64,000 nt of DNA from Callorhinchus milii (Eukaryota), in the NCBI RefSeq assembly GCF_018977255.1, contig NW_024704743.1, positions 28,274,001 to 28,338,000 of the forward strand. The letters run 5' to 3'. Positions within the stretch are counted from its first letter, which is position 1; every line of letters starts with the position of its first letter. Below are positions 23,101 to 33,200 of the stretch, one piece after another. The notes under the pieces were generated by a model. That model saw only the letters and a program-made list of their open reading frames with translations. It made no database searches and was not told the DNA's origin. The translations under genes were made by a program, and so were the position numbers.

Positions 23101-26100
23101 CCATTGCGCCCCCAAATACAATAGAAAATATAAAATTACATTTGTATAGCGCCTTTCACTCCGGGAGAACATTCCAAGATGCTGGACAGTCAGAGGTTTG
23201 TACCTGAGTGGGGGGTGGAGGTGGGGCTGGGGGGGGTTTGGGGTAACGGAGGTGGAGGGCAGGGATGGTAGGAGGATGGCCGAAGGCATGGTTGAAGAGG
23301 AGGGTCTTGAGACGTGCTTTGAAGGAGGCAAGGGAGGGAGCGAGGCGAAGCGAATGTGGGATGGACTTCGAAAGGGTAATACTCCTATTGAAGCGAGTGA
23401 GTGAGCTGCGTACAGACCCAAAGAAGACAGTAGAGGAAGGATTGATTGTGATGTTTAAAAGGGAAAAAAAAACAAATACTGTACTTGGGAAATAAGGGTT
23501 TTAAGGGGAATAGGGAGAGGCAGAAATGAGACTAAAGACCTGCCATGATACAATAAACATCTAAGTAGCCTCTTCTTGTTCCAACATTCTTAACCTTTTA
23601 AACATGTTTTCCCCAAGATATCTGACTGGCAAGAGGGAAGATGGCACTTTTTCTTGCTCATTTGCCTAAATCTGCATTTTTGTACAAATATTTTGGAAAT
23701 CCCTAAAAAGAATCTTCAACAGTTACAGCTGTGAGAAAAGGTTTTGCAACATTATAAGCTGGGAGTTGTTGCATTATAATTGACTAGACTAAGGTCTGTT
23801 TCTTTAAATAAATGAATTTATGTTAGTTATAGCTGTACAAGATTTCCATTCTTTCGCTCAGGTTGAGAAATAATACATGTTACATGATCCAATTCTAAAA
23901 TGTGTACATTGATGGTCTTAACATGTTTAGTTAATTTAGCTGATGCTGCTTAGTGACACAAACTGTTCTATGGCTGGGAGCTCTATATGGGAGTTCAGGA
24001 CAATATGGTTTTGTGCAACCATGGTATTGACATTGTTGTTAAGAGCTCCACAAAAGGGGCTCACATGAACCAATTCTCTATTTATCTCTCCTTCCCGCAG
24101 GAAAAGAGCTCAGGGTTTTCCTCCTAATTTCCTGAGATCAGAACTTACCAATGTGGGGAATGTGGGAAAACACAGAAATGTTGCATTATAGAATTCACAA
24201 CATTCTTGTGTTAAAAAAATACATAATAGGGATTCTGCACTTCCCTGGATCCCTCCAAGCCATCGCCGGTGGCAATGCCTTCAGCTAAACCTCTGGTTTG
24301 GAACTCGCTGCCTTAATCTTTCCGCCTGCCTTCCTCCTTGCCCATCTTCAGATTACACCTGAAGTCTTTCCTCTTCGACCGTGCCAATGGTCACCTTTCC
24401 TTTCTCTCCAGCTCAGTGTCAAACTACACCATTATGTCGTTTGACACTGAGCTGGAGAGAAGGGCACAATATAAATGCAAGTTGTTGCTGTTGATAATTA
24501 CCAAGTCGTAAGTCACATTTTTACCCCTTCCACTTCATCACTGTTAGAAGACAATGAAACCTGGTCCAAGTCTTAGCAGAAAGTCTAAATTCACTTAACT
24601 TTTCGCTTCACAGATTCGGGGATGATTTCAAATTTATGACTGGACGCAGACTAAACCTTTATTGGCGCCTGACCTGGAAATATATCAGCCCATTGACAAT
24701 GGTTTTAGTCTTTATGGCTTTTTTGATCAAACAAGTACAGGTGGCCTTGTCATACGAGGCATGGAACCCCAATTATGTAAGTATATTTCCAATTCAAACA
24801 TATGAAAGGCACAACCCTTAAGTATTTTCCTTTCACAAATATTACATTTAATGCTGTAACAACATCAAATTATTATTTTTATTATTATTATAAATTGCAT
24901 TTATATAGCACCTTCCATGTCGAGAGGTTGACCCAAGGCACTGGACATTCAAAGATCTGCACCCGAACTGGGGTTGGATTCGGGTGGGTAGAGCCAAGGG
25001 GGATGGACCGGGGAGATGACCGTAGGAAAGGTCAAAGAGGAAGGACTTGAGACAGTGAAGCTGAGCAAGGATCCGGGTGATAAGCTCACAGAGTCAAGTA
25101 ATCTGCATCTTGCGAGGGAAGAGTTGGGAAGTCCAGTGAGCTGAGAGTTGGTGTAGTCAAACCTGGACATGATAAAAGCATTTATAATGGTCTCAGTGGC
25201 CCAAGGAGAGAGGTAATGGCAAAGGCAGGCAATGTTGCAGGCCTGGGGGAAGGCTGAACAGGTCAAAGCATGGATGTGGGGATTAAAGGGTAGTTGAGAG
25301 TCAAACAAATCATCAAGGTTTCAGACTGGCTCCATGAGGTAGAGTGTATATCCATGTAGATTGTTGCTGTCAGCGCCTGAGGTGAGAAGGCACTGAGGGG
25401 AGCCAAGCAGGAGAAGCCCTGTGTTGTTGACATTCAACTGGAGAAGTTAGCACTCCTCCACGACTTGATGTCTGACAGGCAATCAGTCAGAACAGTAGTG
25501 GTCCTGGAAATGAGGGTGGAGAGAGAGGGATAGAGTTGCGTGTCATTCGCATACAATTAACAAGTTATCCCAAACAGGAGCATGTAGATATTGAAGAGGA
25601 AAGGACCGAGGAAAGAGCCCTTCCAATTCTCTGCTGATCTTCTCAGGGAAGCATGAAAGAATTAAAAGGCCTGAGGAATTTGTCCTCGGTGCTAAAGCAA
25701 AAGCTAATACCTTCCCATGCTCTAACATATGCTCTTCCCCTTACCCACCCTGTTCAGTGAGTGACAGCTGACTTTAAATGTGAACTTTTGTGCACAGCCT
25801 TTCCCATGGAAATCCATTCTTGTAGATTGTGGTTGTCAGACCTGCCTTAAAGATAGTCTTTAGAAAGCGCATCACAACATACACTGCAGTAACTGTGTGT
25901 TTTGTGGACAAATGTTGGACGACATGGACAAAAATAGTATGGGAGGAGAAAATTAAACTTAAATTCACCCACAAAATACACAGTCAATTCACATTATAAT
26001 ATATTCTATGAAGCACTTTGAGAGGCTTCATCTTCATGATGAGGTGCTACATCAAATGCAAGGATTATTATTATTAATACAGAAATTAGTTTGTTAGTGT

Positions 26101-26366
26101 ATTATATGCACACATATCCAAAATAGAAGTCAAACTGGAATTTGCCCTTGATAATTGCTCTTTGTTTTTTGAACCAACAGGATGAATTCCCCCAGAAAGA
26201 AGTGAAGGAGTACAAAAGCTGGGTTGTGTTTTTCTGTGTCATCCTGGCTGCCCTGCCCGCCATATCCATTCTAGTTACTGCTCTGTATCACTTGTTCAGG
26301 TCTAAATTCAAGGCAACCAGGGGAGAACTCAAGATCACCTTTCATAATGAAGCCTTTGAACAATAG
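7137..26366 (+). CDS. SLC6A18: SLC6 family Na+-dependent neutral amino-acid transporter B0AT3-like, coding exons 2-12 (exon 1 lies upstream of the window)
   Basis: 11 GT-AG exons (141,141,170,111,113,129,157,205,160,163,186 nt) join in frame to TAG at 26366. [57 protein letters not shown] and [10 protein letters not shown] resemble SLC6A18 more than SLC6A19. It lies tail-to-tail with TERT, as SLC6A18 does in human. Confidence 0.85.
7915..8300 (-). mobile_element. Family B SINE containing a (TAT)n microsatellite at ~8126-8162
   Basis: Deu-like core plus ccatgggatctttaac segment. Confidence 0.7.
8422..8562 (+). CDS. SLC6A18: SLC6A18 exon 3
   Basis: ttacag|GCATT...ACAG|gttaag; [46 protein letters not shown]. 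Confidence 0.95.
8986..9300 (-). mobile_element. Family A SINE with an internal inverted duplication
   Basis: Tail, Deu-like core and head fragments; 40-bp inverted repeat at 9078-9166. Confidence 0.8.
9948..10117 (+). CDS. SLC6A18: SLC6A18 exon 4
   Basis: ttgcag|AGTGT...GAAG|gtgagg; [20 protein letters not shown]...[11 protein letters not shown]. Confidence 0.93.
10343..10453 (+). CDS. SLC6A18: SLC6A18 exon 5
   Basis: ttgcag|GCTGTA...AGAT|gtaagt; [37 protein letters not shown]. Confidence 0.95.
10830..13170 (+). mobile_element. Large decayed L2 LINE with internal deletions (5' boundary uncertain)
   Basis: [42 protein letters not shown]; frameshifted; (TTG)n tail. Confidence 0.9.
13444..13556 (+). 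CDS. SLC6A18: SLC6A18 exon 6
   Basis: tttcag|TTGACA...CCAAA|gtaaga; [37 protein letters not shown] (TM6). Confidence 0.95.
13690..14030 (+). mobile_element. Family B SINE, 5'-truncated
   Basis: gagatgttaaactgagg...cccatggcac...Deu-like core and tail. Confidence 0.7.
14250..14378 (+). CDS. SLC6A18: SLC6A18 exon 7
   Basis: tttcag|GAAT...GACAA|gtaagt; [42 protein letters not shown]. Confidence 0.95.
14817..14973 (+). CDS. SLC6A18: SLC6A18 exon 8
   Basis: caacag|GAAT...TCAG|gtcttt; [21 protein letters not shown]...CDLKDFLDQ. Confidence 0.9.
16440..17640 (+). mobile_element. Decayed L2 LINE
   Basis: ORF 16375..16947 with LDLSYAF and [11 protein letters not shown]2 tail at ~17610. Confidence 0.88.
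17763..18083 (+). mobile_element. Full-length young family A SINE (short variant)
   Basis: tRNA-Ala-like head (arm ctcgc-tttgcaa-gcgag), Deu-like core, perfect tail stem-loop, (ATT)n; CpGs largely retained. Confidence 0.9.
18130..18655 (-). mobile_element. L2 RT fragment
   Basis: [21 protein letters not shown]. Confidence 0.85.
18660..19200. mobile_element. CR1 fragment (-) followed by an L2 3' end (+)
   Basis: [17 protein letters not shown] on the minus strand; L2 tail at 18960-19200. Confidence 0.65.
19648..19852 (+). CDS. SLC6A18: SLC6A18 exon 9
   Basis: acacag|AGCGCA...ACAG|gtaaat; [47 protein letters not shown]...KEVIT. Confidence 0.95.
19970..20360 (+). mobile_element. L2 3' fragment
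   Basis: [14 protein letters not shown]; gtgaaaggcgctat tail. Confidence 0.7.
21500..22585 (+). mobile_element. Decayed L2 LINE with the YADD region deleted
   Basis: [13 protein letters not shown] and [10 protein letters not shown] joined directly to [12 protein letters not shown]; (TTG)n tail. Confidence 0.9.
22791..22950 (+). CDS. SLC6A18: SLC6A18 exon 10
   Basis: ttttag|GCATC...GATAA|gtaagt; [52 protein letters not shown]. Confidence 0.95.
23120..23370 (-). mobile_element. L2 3' end
   Basis: attacatttgtatagcgcctttcac tail. Confidence 0.8.
24230..24495 (+). mobile_element. L2 3' end containing a fold-back hairpin
   Basis: [15 protein letters not shown] region; aatgcaagttgttg tail. Confidence 0.75.
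24614..24776 (+). CDS. SLC6A18: SLC6A18 exon 11
   Basis: tcacag|ATTC...TTAT|gtaagt; [26 protein letters not shown]...YEAWNPNY. Confidence 0.95.
24880..25620 (-). mobile_element. Decayed L2 LINE
   Basis: [26 protein letters not shown]. Confidence 0.8.
26181..26366 (+). CDS. SLC6A18: SLC6A18 exon 12 (last coding exon, TAG stop)
   Basis: caacag|[42 protein letters not shown]...NEAFEQ*. Confidence 0.92.
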   Translation, partial: DEFPQKEVKEYKSWVVFFCVILAALPAISILVTALYHLFRSKFKATRGELKITFHNEAFEQ

Positions 26367-26389
26367 AATGCATTCCCTTGGCTCTCTGT

Positions 26390-26775
26390 TGCAGGACGAT
26401 CAATTTCAAGATCCTTACACTCACCTACAAATCACCTTATCCCCCAGTACCTCCTTACCTCTCCAACCCACACACACCTCACTCCTCTTCCTGCTCCCTT
26501 CATTCAGCCAGCTCGGGCCTTCTGCATGTCCGTTGACCCCTCTGGTCCACCATCGACGACCGTACTTTCAGCCACCACACCCAAACTTCTTGAACTGCCT
26601 GCCTCAATCCTTCTGCCTTGCCCACTCTTTGCTCATTTTCAGATTGCACCAGAAGACCTTCCTCTTTGACCGTGCCTAAGGTCACCTCTCACTTCTCCCT
26701 GGGCTGGCGTCAAACTCAGAACTGCTACCCTCCATGAAGGATAGTATATAAAGGAAAGTTGTTATTGCTGTTGGC
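26390..26775 (+). mobile_element. L2 3' fragment at the start of the SLC6A18 3' UTR
   Basis: [15 protein letters not shown]2-like tail; similar to the copy at 19970. Confidence 0.7.
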
Positions 26776-27215
26776 TAAGATTCTATTGGGATCAGTTAAT
26801 CCACTGAACTGGTTTGAACCAATATCAGCTAAATTCTAAACATGAGAAAATCATTTTTGAGGGATTATGTAACACATGCTGTAGAATATTTACTCTCCCA
26901 GCAACTAGGCATAGGCTCACCTTCCCAATGACAGAAAGTGCGTGGTAATGTTTGTAGCAACACAAATAATTCCAAACGGTAATAGTTTCACTAAATATTT
27001 AAAATATATATCTTGAAAATATTCAGCTTCAAATATTCAGCTACAAGCGCTCTGGGATGCTACCCTGTGTGAGGGGCGCTATATAAATGCAAATTGTTAT
27101 TGTTGTAAATGCATACTTGACTCCGTAATTCACACGCAGATGAAGATTTCCAATGTGTTCATCCATTACTTCCATTGTATGTTTTTTTTTAATCCAAGCA
27201 CAGTATCAGAAAACA

Positions 27216-27221
27216 AATAAA
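27216..27221 (+). terminator. Candidate SLC6A18 polyadenylation signal AATAAA
   Basis: First AATAAA I found downstream of the stop codon (~850 nt); usage not demonstrated. Confidence 0.35.
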
Positions 27222-27449
27222 ATGAATGTGATGGACCACGTCTGATTTTGAATGATCAGCCAATTGTACTTAATCTATTTTCACAGCTCACCCAGATGAG
27301 ACGTTGCAAATGCTTTGCCTTTTTTTTTTAAGTGAAATACTGTACGTATTTTTTTAAACTTAAGTAAATTACTGGATAAACTATTTTATATAGTTTATAA
27401 AAATCTTGAGGTTCAACCAGCACATTTTGTAGACACCATTTATTTGTGT

Positions 27450-28010
27450 ATCCTGTAGCTCAGTGATTAGAGCACTGCCTCACAAGCGAGTTGGGTTTGA
27501 CTTCCAGCAGAGCGAAACGTTAAGCAAGTTTCCTTACACTACACTCCTCTGTTTATCCAGCAGTAAATAGGAGCCCAGTTGTTAAGTCGATTGGCAGATT
27601 GTTTTTCCAAGGGTAATAATTCCTTCAAAAAAAATAATAAATTGGTCACTCAATCCACAACTGTTTGTGGGACACTTGGCAGCCATGTTTCGCCCACAAA
27701 ATATAGTCAATTCACTTTACAGTATATTCTGTGAAGTGATTTCAGATGTCTCGAAGACGTGATAAAGAACCATATCAAATGCAAGGATGATTATTTTTTA
27801 TTATTTATTCCATCATCCTATCGTCGATGGACAAAGTTTCAAACCCCTGGTCTCTGGAACTCTCGCAGAAAATCCCATTGGCTATTCAAAATCCTTAAGA
27901 TCCCTCTCCTTCACTGCCTGCTCAGCAATCTCCATCGCCTTGATAAAGCGCTTTGAGATGTCCTACCAATGTGAAAGACGCTATAAAAATGTAAGTTGTT
28001 TTGTTCATCC
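27450..28010 (+). mobile_element. Family A SINE (long variant) followed by an L2 3' end
   Basis: tcctgtagctcagtgattagagc head; SINE tail at ~27790; L2 tail at ~27990. Confidence 0.8.
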
Positions 28011-29804
28011 AACTTAAAAAAACATTATATAAGTGCAAGTTGTTTCTACCATATTTACAGTGCATTTAGGTATCCATTGAACAAACTCACAATGTAGTTT
28101 ATACCAGTTGCAGAGTGGATGTACCCATTATAATCCAACAACAAAGCAATAGTTATAGGGCATCACTATCAAGTGTAGCTTTATTACTATTTCAAATGCA
28201 GGACTACTGTAATGAAATATCTTCAATCAAATTGGTCATGATATGGACCTGCTGTACATTCTAAGAGTTGGCTAGATAAGGTGAGAATGACACCACACAA
28301 GACAGCATTTTGTTCCAATTTCTACTGCTGTTATCGAGAAACCTTACTGTTAATTTGGACTACAGCAGTCACTGACTACAGAATTAACTGATTAGAAGTG
28401 ATCATGCTATAGAATTTGTATACCGAATTTAACAGAGTTGCACTTATAAAAGCCAATGTTACACACACTAATGGGGTTAAAATTTAAGTAAAAAGAGATG
28501 GAATAACTACATGGAGTAAAAGTGAAGCCAATCGCCTTCAAATTGGAAAAGTGAAACAAATTGACTGAATCACACTGTGTCAATGAAATCAGTCACAGTT
28601 CTGTCCCTGATCTCACCATAATTCAGATCCAAGACCTAGTCTCAATAAACATGATCAGATCCCATAATATCTGGTTGCTTCACACAGACCCTCTATGACT
28701 CCATTCAATACTGATCTTCTGCCTAAACCCAAATTTATCAGATTCCTTTGATGCACCTCTCTCTGTCTAAATGTAATAACTCTGAATCCTGTAATTAATA
28801 AGTGCACCTCACTTATGTTGCTCACATTGCTGGTGGTGGATAAGTGGCAACAGTATTATTTTTTCATTACATACATGCATACTAAACCAAAGGAGATTTT
28901 AGCAATCAAAATGTGGCTATATTTTGAGATGCTCAAAGGTCAGTTACATTGTCACGCATGGGGTAACGGGAGGTAAAAATGTCCTGTTGCCTACGAAAAT
29001 CCCATAGAGCCCATTGGGTTTGAAAATTTATAGCCCGCTTTTCTAAAACTGTGGTCCAAACAAGAGATTAAAATAATAAATAGTGAGGCTCATTATTTCT
29101 GATAGAGTTACAACAGTGATGCTTCCCACCATAAGACTGGCCCAGCAGGGAAAAGTAGAACTTGGAACAAAACAAAGTTCCATTTCCCAGATATTCAGTA
29201 GGCAATACTGTATGTTCCTGCAGCATCTCTAGGCTACATATGTACAAGTGATGGGCTGGCCGGTAGTTAAGAGTAATCAGATTTTGGTGAGAGAAGAGGA
29301 AAGGAGGAAGATCAGAGTTTGGTTCTCCATGTATGAAACCGCTTTCTGAGAGGCTATCCTATTGATGATGAGGTCGGAAACACACTGTGGTAGATGTTTT
29401 AGCTGGATCTAGGTTATTCTCGGCATTTTAAAGTGCACAGCATTTTATCAAATTTGTCCTGTAAGTTTTCAATTTCCATAGAAAAACAGCTATGTTAAGG
29501 ATACAACAAAATGCCAAATTGTGCAGCCTCTGAAATGCTAAGAAAATAGAGTAAATACAGACCCAGGTGGAATTTCTCCCCTATTGTTTGAGCTTTTTGA
29601 GTTATTATATTTCACGGTAAATGCACCCAATCTGGATTCTTGCACCCTGCCCAAATGCTATAAGATCTAAATCCACCCATTTGGACCAATTCAATTTGGG
29701 CTGCATGTTTAAATATTGTGTATAAGCAGGTTAAGATTAGCAGTGTACAAACGGGTACTCAACTGGGTTAGAGCATATATGGTACAAGGCATTCTTTAGA
29801 ATTA

Positions 29805-29810
29805 TTTATT
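29805..29810 (-). terminator. Candidate TERT polyadenylation signal AATAAA
   Basis: TTTATT on the + strand, ~340 nt downstream of the TERT stop codon. Confidence 0.55.
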
Positions 29811-30152
29811 GCATATTCAGCACAGAATTTCCCAGTACAATCTTATATCAGTAATCCTTTTCGTTTTAGATAAAGGACAGAGTGCAAACAGTAGTCACCA
29901 TGGGCAGTGCACATTACAAAATGTAGCAGATATCAAACAGCATCTTGTAGGCTAACATCAGTTCTAGGCTAACACCGAGGTGGACAAATACAAGTTCTGT
30001 GGTAACCAGGGAACATTCAACAAACAGCTTCAAGCAAATCTTATGCTTAAAGCAAATCTCATGCTTCAAGCAAGTCTCTTTTTTCTTATCAACTGATAAA
30101 ATTCAGAATGATAATTTCTTCACTAATTGGACTCCGAATATCTGATTTCCCT

Positions 30153-30256
30153 TCAATCCAATATGAGATCAAACTCTCGGTGAAGGGCAGGTTCCGTTAT
30201 GGGCTGGAGGAGCAGGATTGTTGAGTTTGGGAGTTTTCTCTGCAACTCAGCCTTGC
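30153..30256 (-). CDS. TERT: TERT exon 16 (last coding exon, TGA stop)
   Basis: ttgtag|[38 protein letters not shown]. Confidence 0.95.
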
Positions 30257-33200
30257 CTACAAACAGAATATGGGCAGTTAAGAACACAAAAATATATAGA
30301 ATACACATTAGCACCTCAGGTGTAAACATCTTGTTCAGTGTTATACACATTATGCAATTATAATGATCCTGGTCCTCACCTTCAAAGCCCTCCATGGCCT
30401 TGCTCCCCCCTACCTCTGTGACCTTCCAACCCCCTACCAACCTGCCCGCTCCCTCCACTCAGTGGTCTCCAGCCTGCTTCACGTCTCCTGCTTCGCCTCC
30501 CGACGTGAAAGGCTCTATACGAATGCAATTTCATTGTTGTTATGCTAATGTGTTATGTGTGTTTGTGCTGGTATCTTTCTTGCAAGGAATCAAGTTACTC
30601 TATTTTCTGCTTTCATAAATCAATTGCTAAGTGGAAATTTCCAATCCTGCATTCATGGTTTTCTTAGTATAATAGGTCAATTTCAAAAGGCAATGTTTAA
30701 CTGAGATGATGTCGTTCACAAACCAATTAGGTGGCATCATGCTTCTAGGCAAAGTAAACTGACAAAGCTTTGAATATGTTGCACTTATTCCATGAATTAA
30801 ATGTATAACACGTCCTAACAGCCTAAGGAAACGATCACCATTTATAATGACCAGGTGACATCAGCCAAAAAACAAATCACACTTCAACTAATCTGCCTTG
30901 AAGCTGGGTCAGTTAATACAAAAACTTGCCTAAAATGCAAACTAGAAATCACTCCTCTTGTAGGTGCCTGAGACACTCATACAATAATCCTTGCGTTTGA
31001 TATTGCAGCTTATCACGTCTTCAAGACGTCTCAAAGCACTTCACAAAATATACTATAAAGTGAATTGACTGTATATTTTGCAGGCGAAATGCAGCAGCCG
31101 ATTGCGCACAGCAGTGTCCCACAAACAATCGTGGACTGAGTGACCAAATTAGTTGTATTTACTTTTGAAGGAATTATTAACCCCAGAAAAGCGATCCGCC
31201 AATCGAGTAACAACTGGGTTCTTACTTACTGCTAGGTAAACAGAAGCATGTGGAGTAAGGAAACTTGTCCAACGTTTTGCCCTGCCAGGAATCAAACCCA
31301 GGTCCTCTCTCTTGCGAGGCGAGTGCTCTGACCACTAAGCTACAGGACTCCATGTTATATATGTTGATAGTGGTGGACAAATAAATCCTGGGGCAAAGAA
31401 TGCTTCATAAATGAAAAATGGAAAAATAAAGCAGCAATAAAAAAAAGTCTCTGCTGGAGGGGTGAGACACTGGTCTTTTATGACTGAGATTGAATCCAGA
31501 GCAGACTGTTGAGAAGAAAGACTCCTTTGGCTGTTAGCTGTCAGGGTTGTCTGAAAGACAGTATCACAGGAAATCTGGGACAAGAGGAGGCCATTCAGGC
31601 CATGGAGTTTGCTCTAACAGTTTCTTTAATCTTGGCATATACTTTTTAATCCCAATGCTCCGTCCTTGGGTAATAGAGATATTAAGGGGTATGACCAAAG
31701 TATCTATCTGTCTTTCTTTTAAACATCCCTATAGATCCCATTCGGGATGGCTTTCTATAGAAAGTGGAAATAATCAGGCTGGTGTCATGTGAGCCTCTTC
31801 TGAGGTTGGGCCTCTTCTGTAACTGGAGCTGAGGCATAATCATGGGGTATTTAAGAGGGTCCTTAAATTGTTCGGTACCTGATCTAGGAGTGCCTGATAT
31901 TGGCACTGGGTACCCAAAATGGAAGTGTGCTCATTGACCAGCATTAACATCTCTTAGCTCGAGAACCAAACATCAGCCAAACGAAAAACAGCCCCCTCCC
32001 CTGCAAATATTCTAAAAAATGCACAACAGGATCTGAAGAAGAGAGACAGAGAGAGAAGTAGGCATCCTGGACAGTTCTGATCAAAGGCTACACTCAAATG
32101 GTAAAATGCATCTTCTGTGCACCTCCAGGAGTTGTTTTTAATGACAGTCTCTATTCTGCATTGCTACCTTAAAGTCAAATGTCAACCCAGCAGCATACTG
32201 CTTCACTTAAAATTAAAAAAAGCCTAAGAAATAAAAAGCCAAAACACACGGTCACAATGAGCTATGTGAATCATCTGCACCTGTAATGCTTGTGTGTTTT
32301 ATTATATAGTCTCTCTCAATTACCCTCTCTCTACCCCATCAGCTTTATACAAGTGTGTATACAATATATAATGGATTTCCGATGTCTGCGATACATTTTG
32401 TAAATTGCACTGAACATACATGCCCTGCTTTTTCCCAATGGATTGTTTAATTTAATGTGTAACTTGACCTTATTGTAATTACCCTCGTGTTTTTTTCCAC
32501 CTGACACGTGCTATAACCTTACGTTTGAAAAAAAAACAGAAAGCCAAGTCACTCCTGAGAGGCCAACATCAGATTTTTACTGACATACTGTACTTACAAG
32601 TTTTCAGTGGCCTCAGCAGACACTTGTAAATGGCTCTGTGGCTGGACAGTTTGACAATAAAAGCGTGGCCACACAGCCACTGAGCCGCTTCATAAGGAAA
32701 AGGACCAGAGGCGTCTTGAAATCCTAAAGCAATCCCTGAAAGGAAAAGGCAATATAAATTTTGCATCTCTCACACATACACACACGCACGCAAGCGCACA
32801 TGCACAAAAATGCTATTCTTAATAATTCTTGATAAAATTGTGGTATTATTCTTGATTACAGCACAAATATTTACTGATGATTTTTCACCGGTGAAAATGT
32901 GAACTGCTGTAGCACACGGTAGTCCTGATGACAAAATCTCGGTATACAAAGCACCAAATCGGGTTTCAAGAACAAGAGACTGTGCCTTTAATAAGTCTAG
33001 TTACAACAAGATGCTTACTAGGTGAAGTGGAAGATATGTGTTGGGGAAAGGTCGGGGGGGGGAAGAGAATTCACACTGAGTACCAGAAATAGTGAACTAA
33101 TGGCCTAAATGATTAGCCCACAAGCTCCACCATCCTGAATGGATTGCGTCAATGCCTTGATTATTTATGGTACTCAACACTTCTATAAATGTTTTATTGG

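Noticed and set aside
7137..26366. Assignment as SLC6A19
   Set aside because: Diagnostic peptides and adjacency to TERT favour SLC6A18; a phylogeny is needed to be certain
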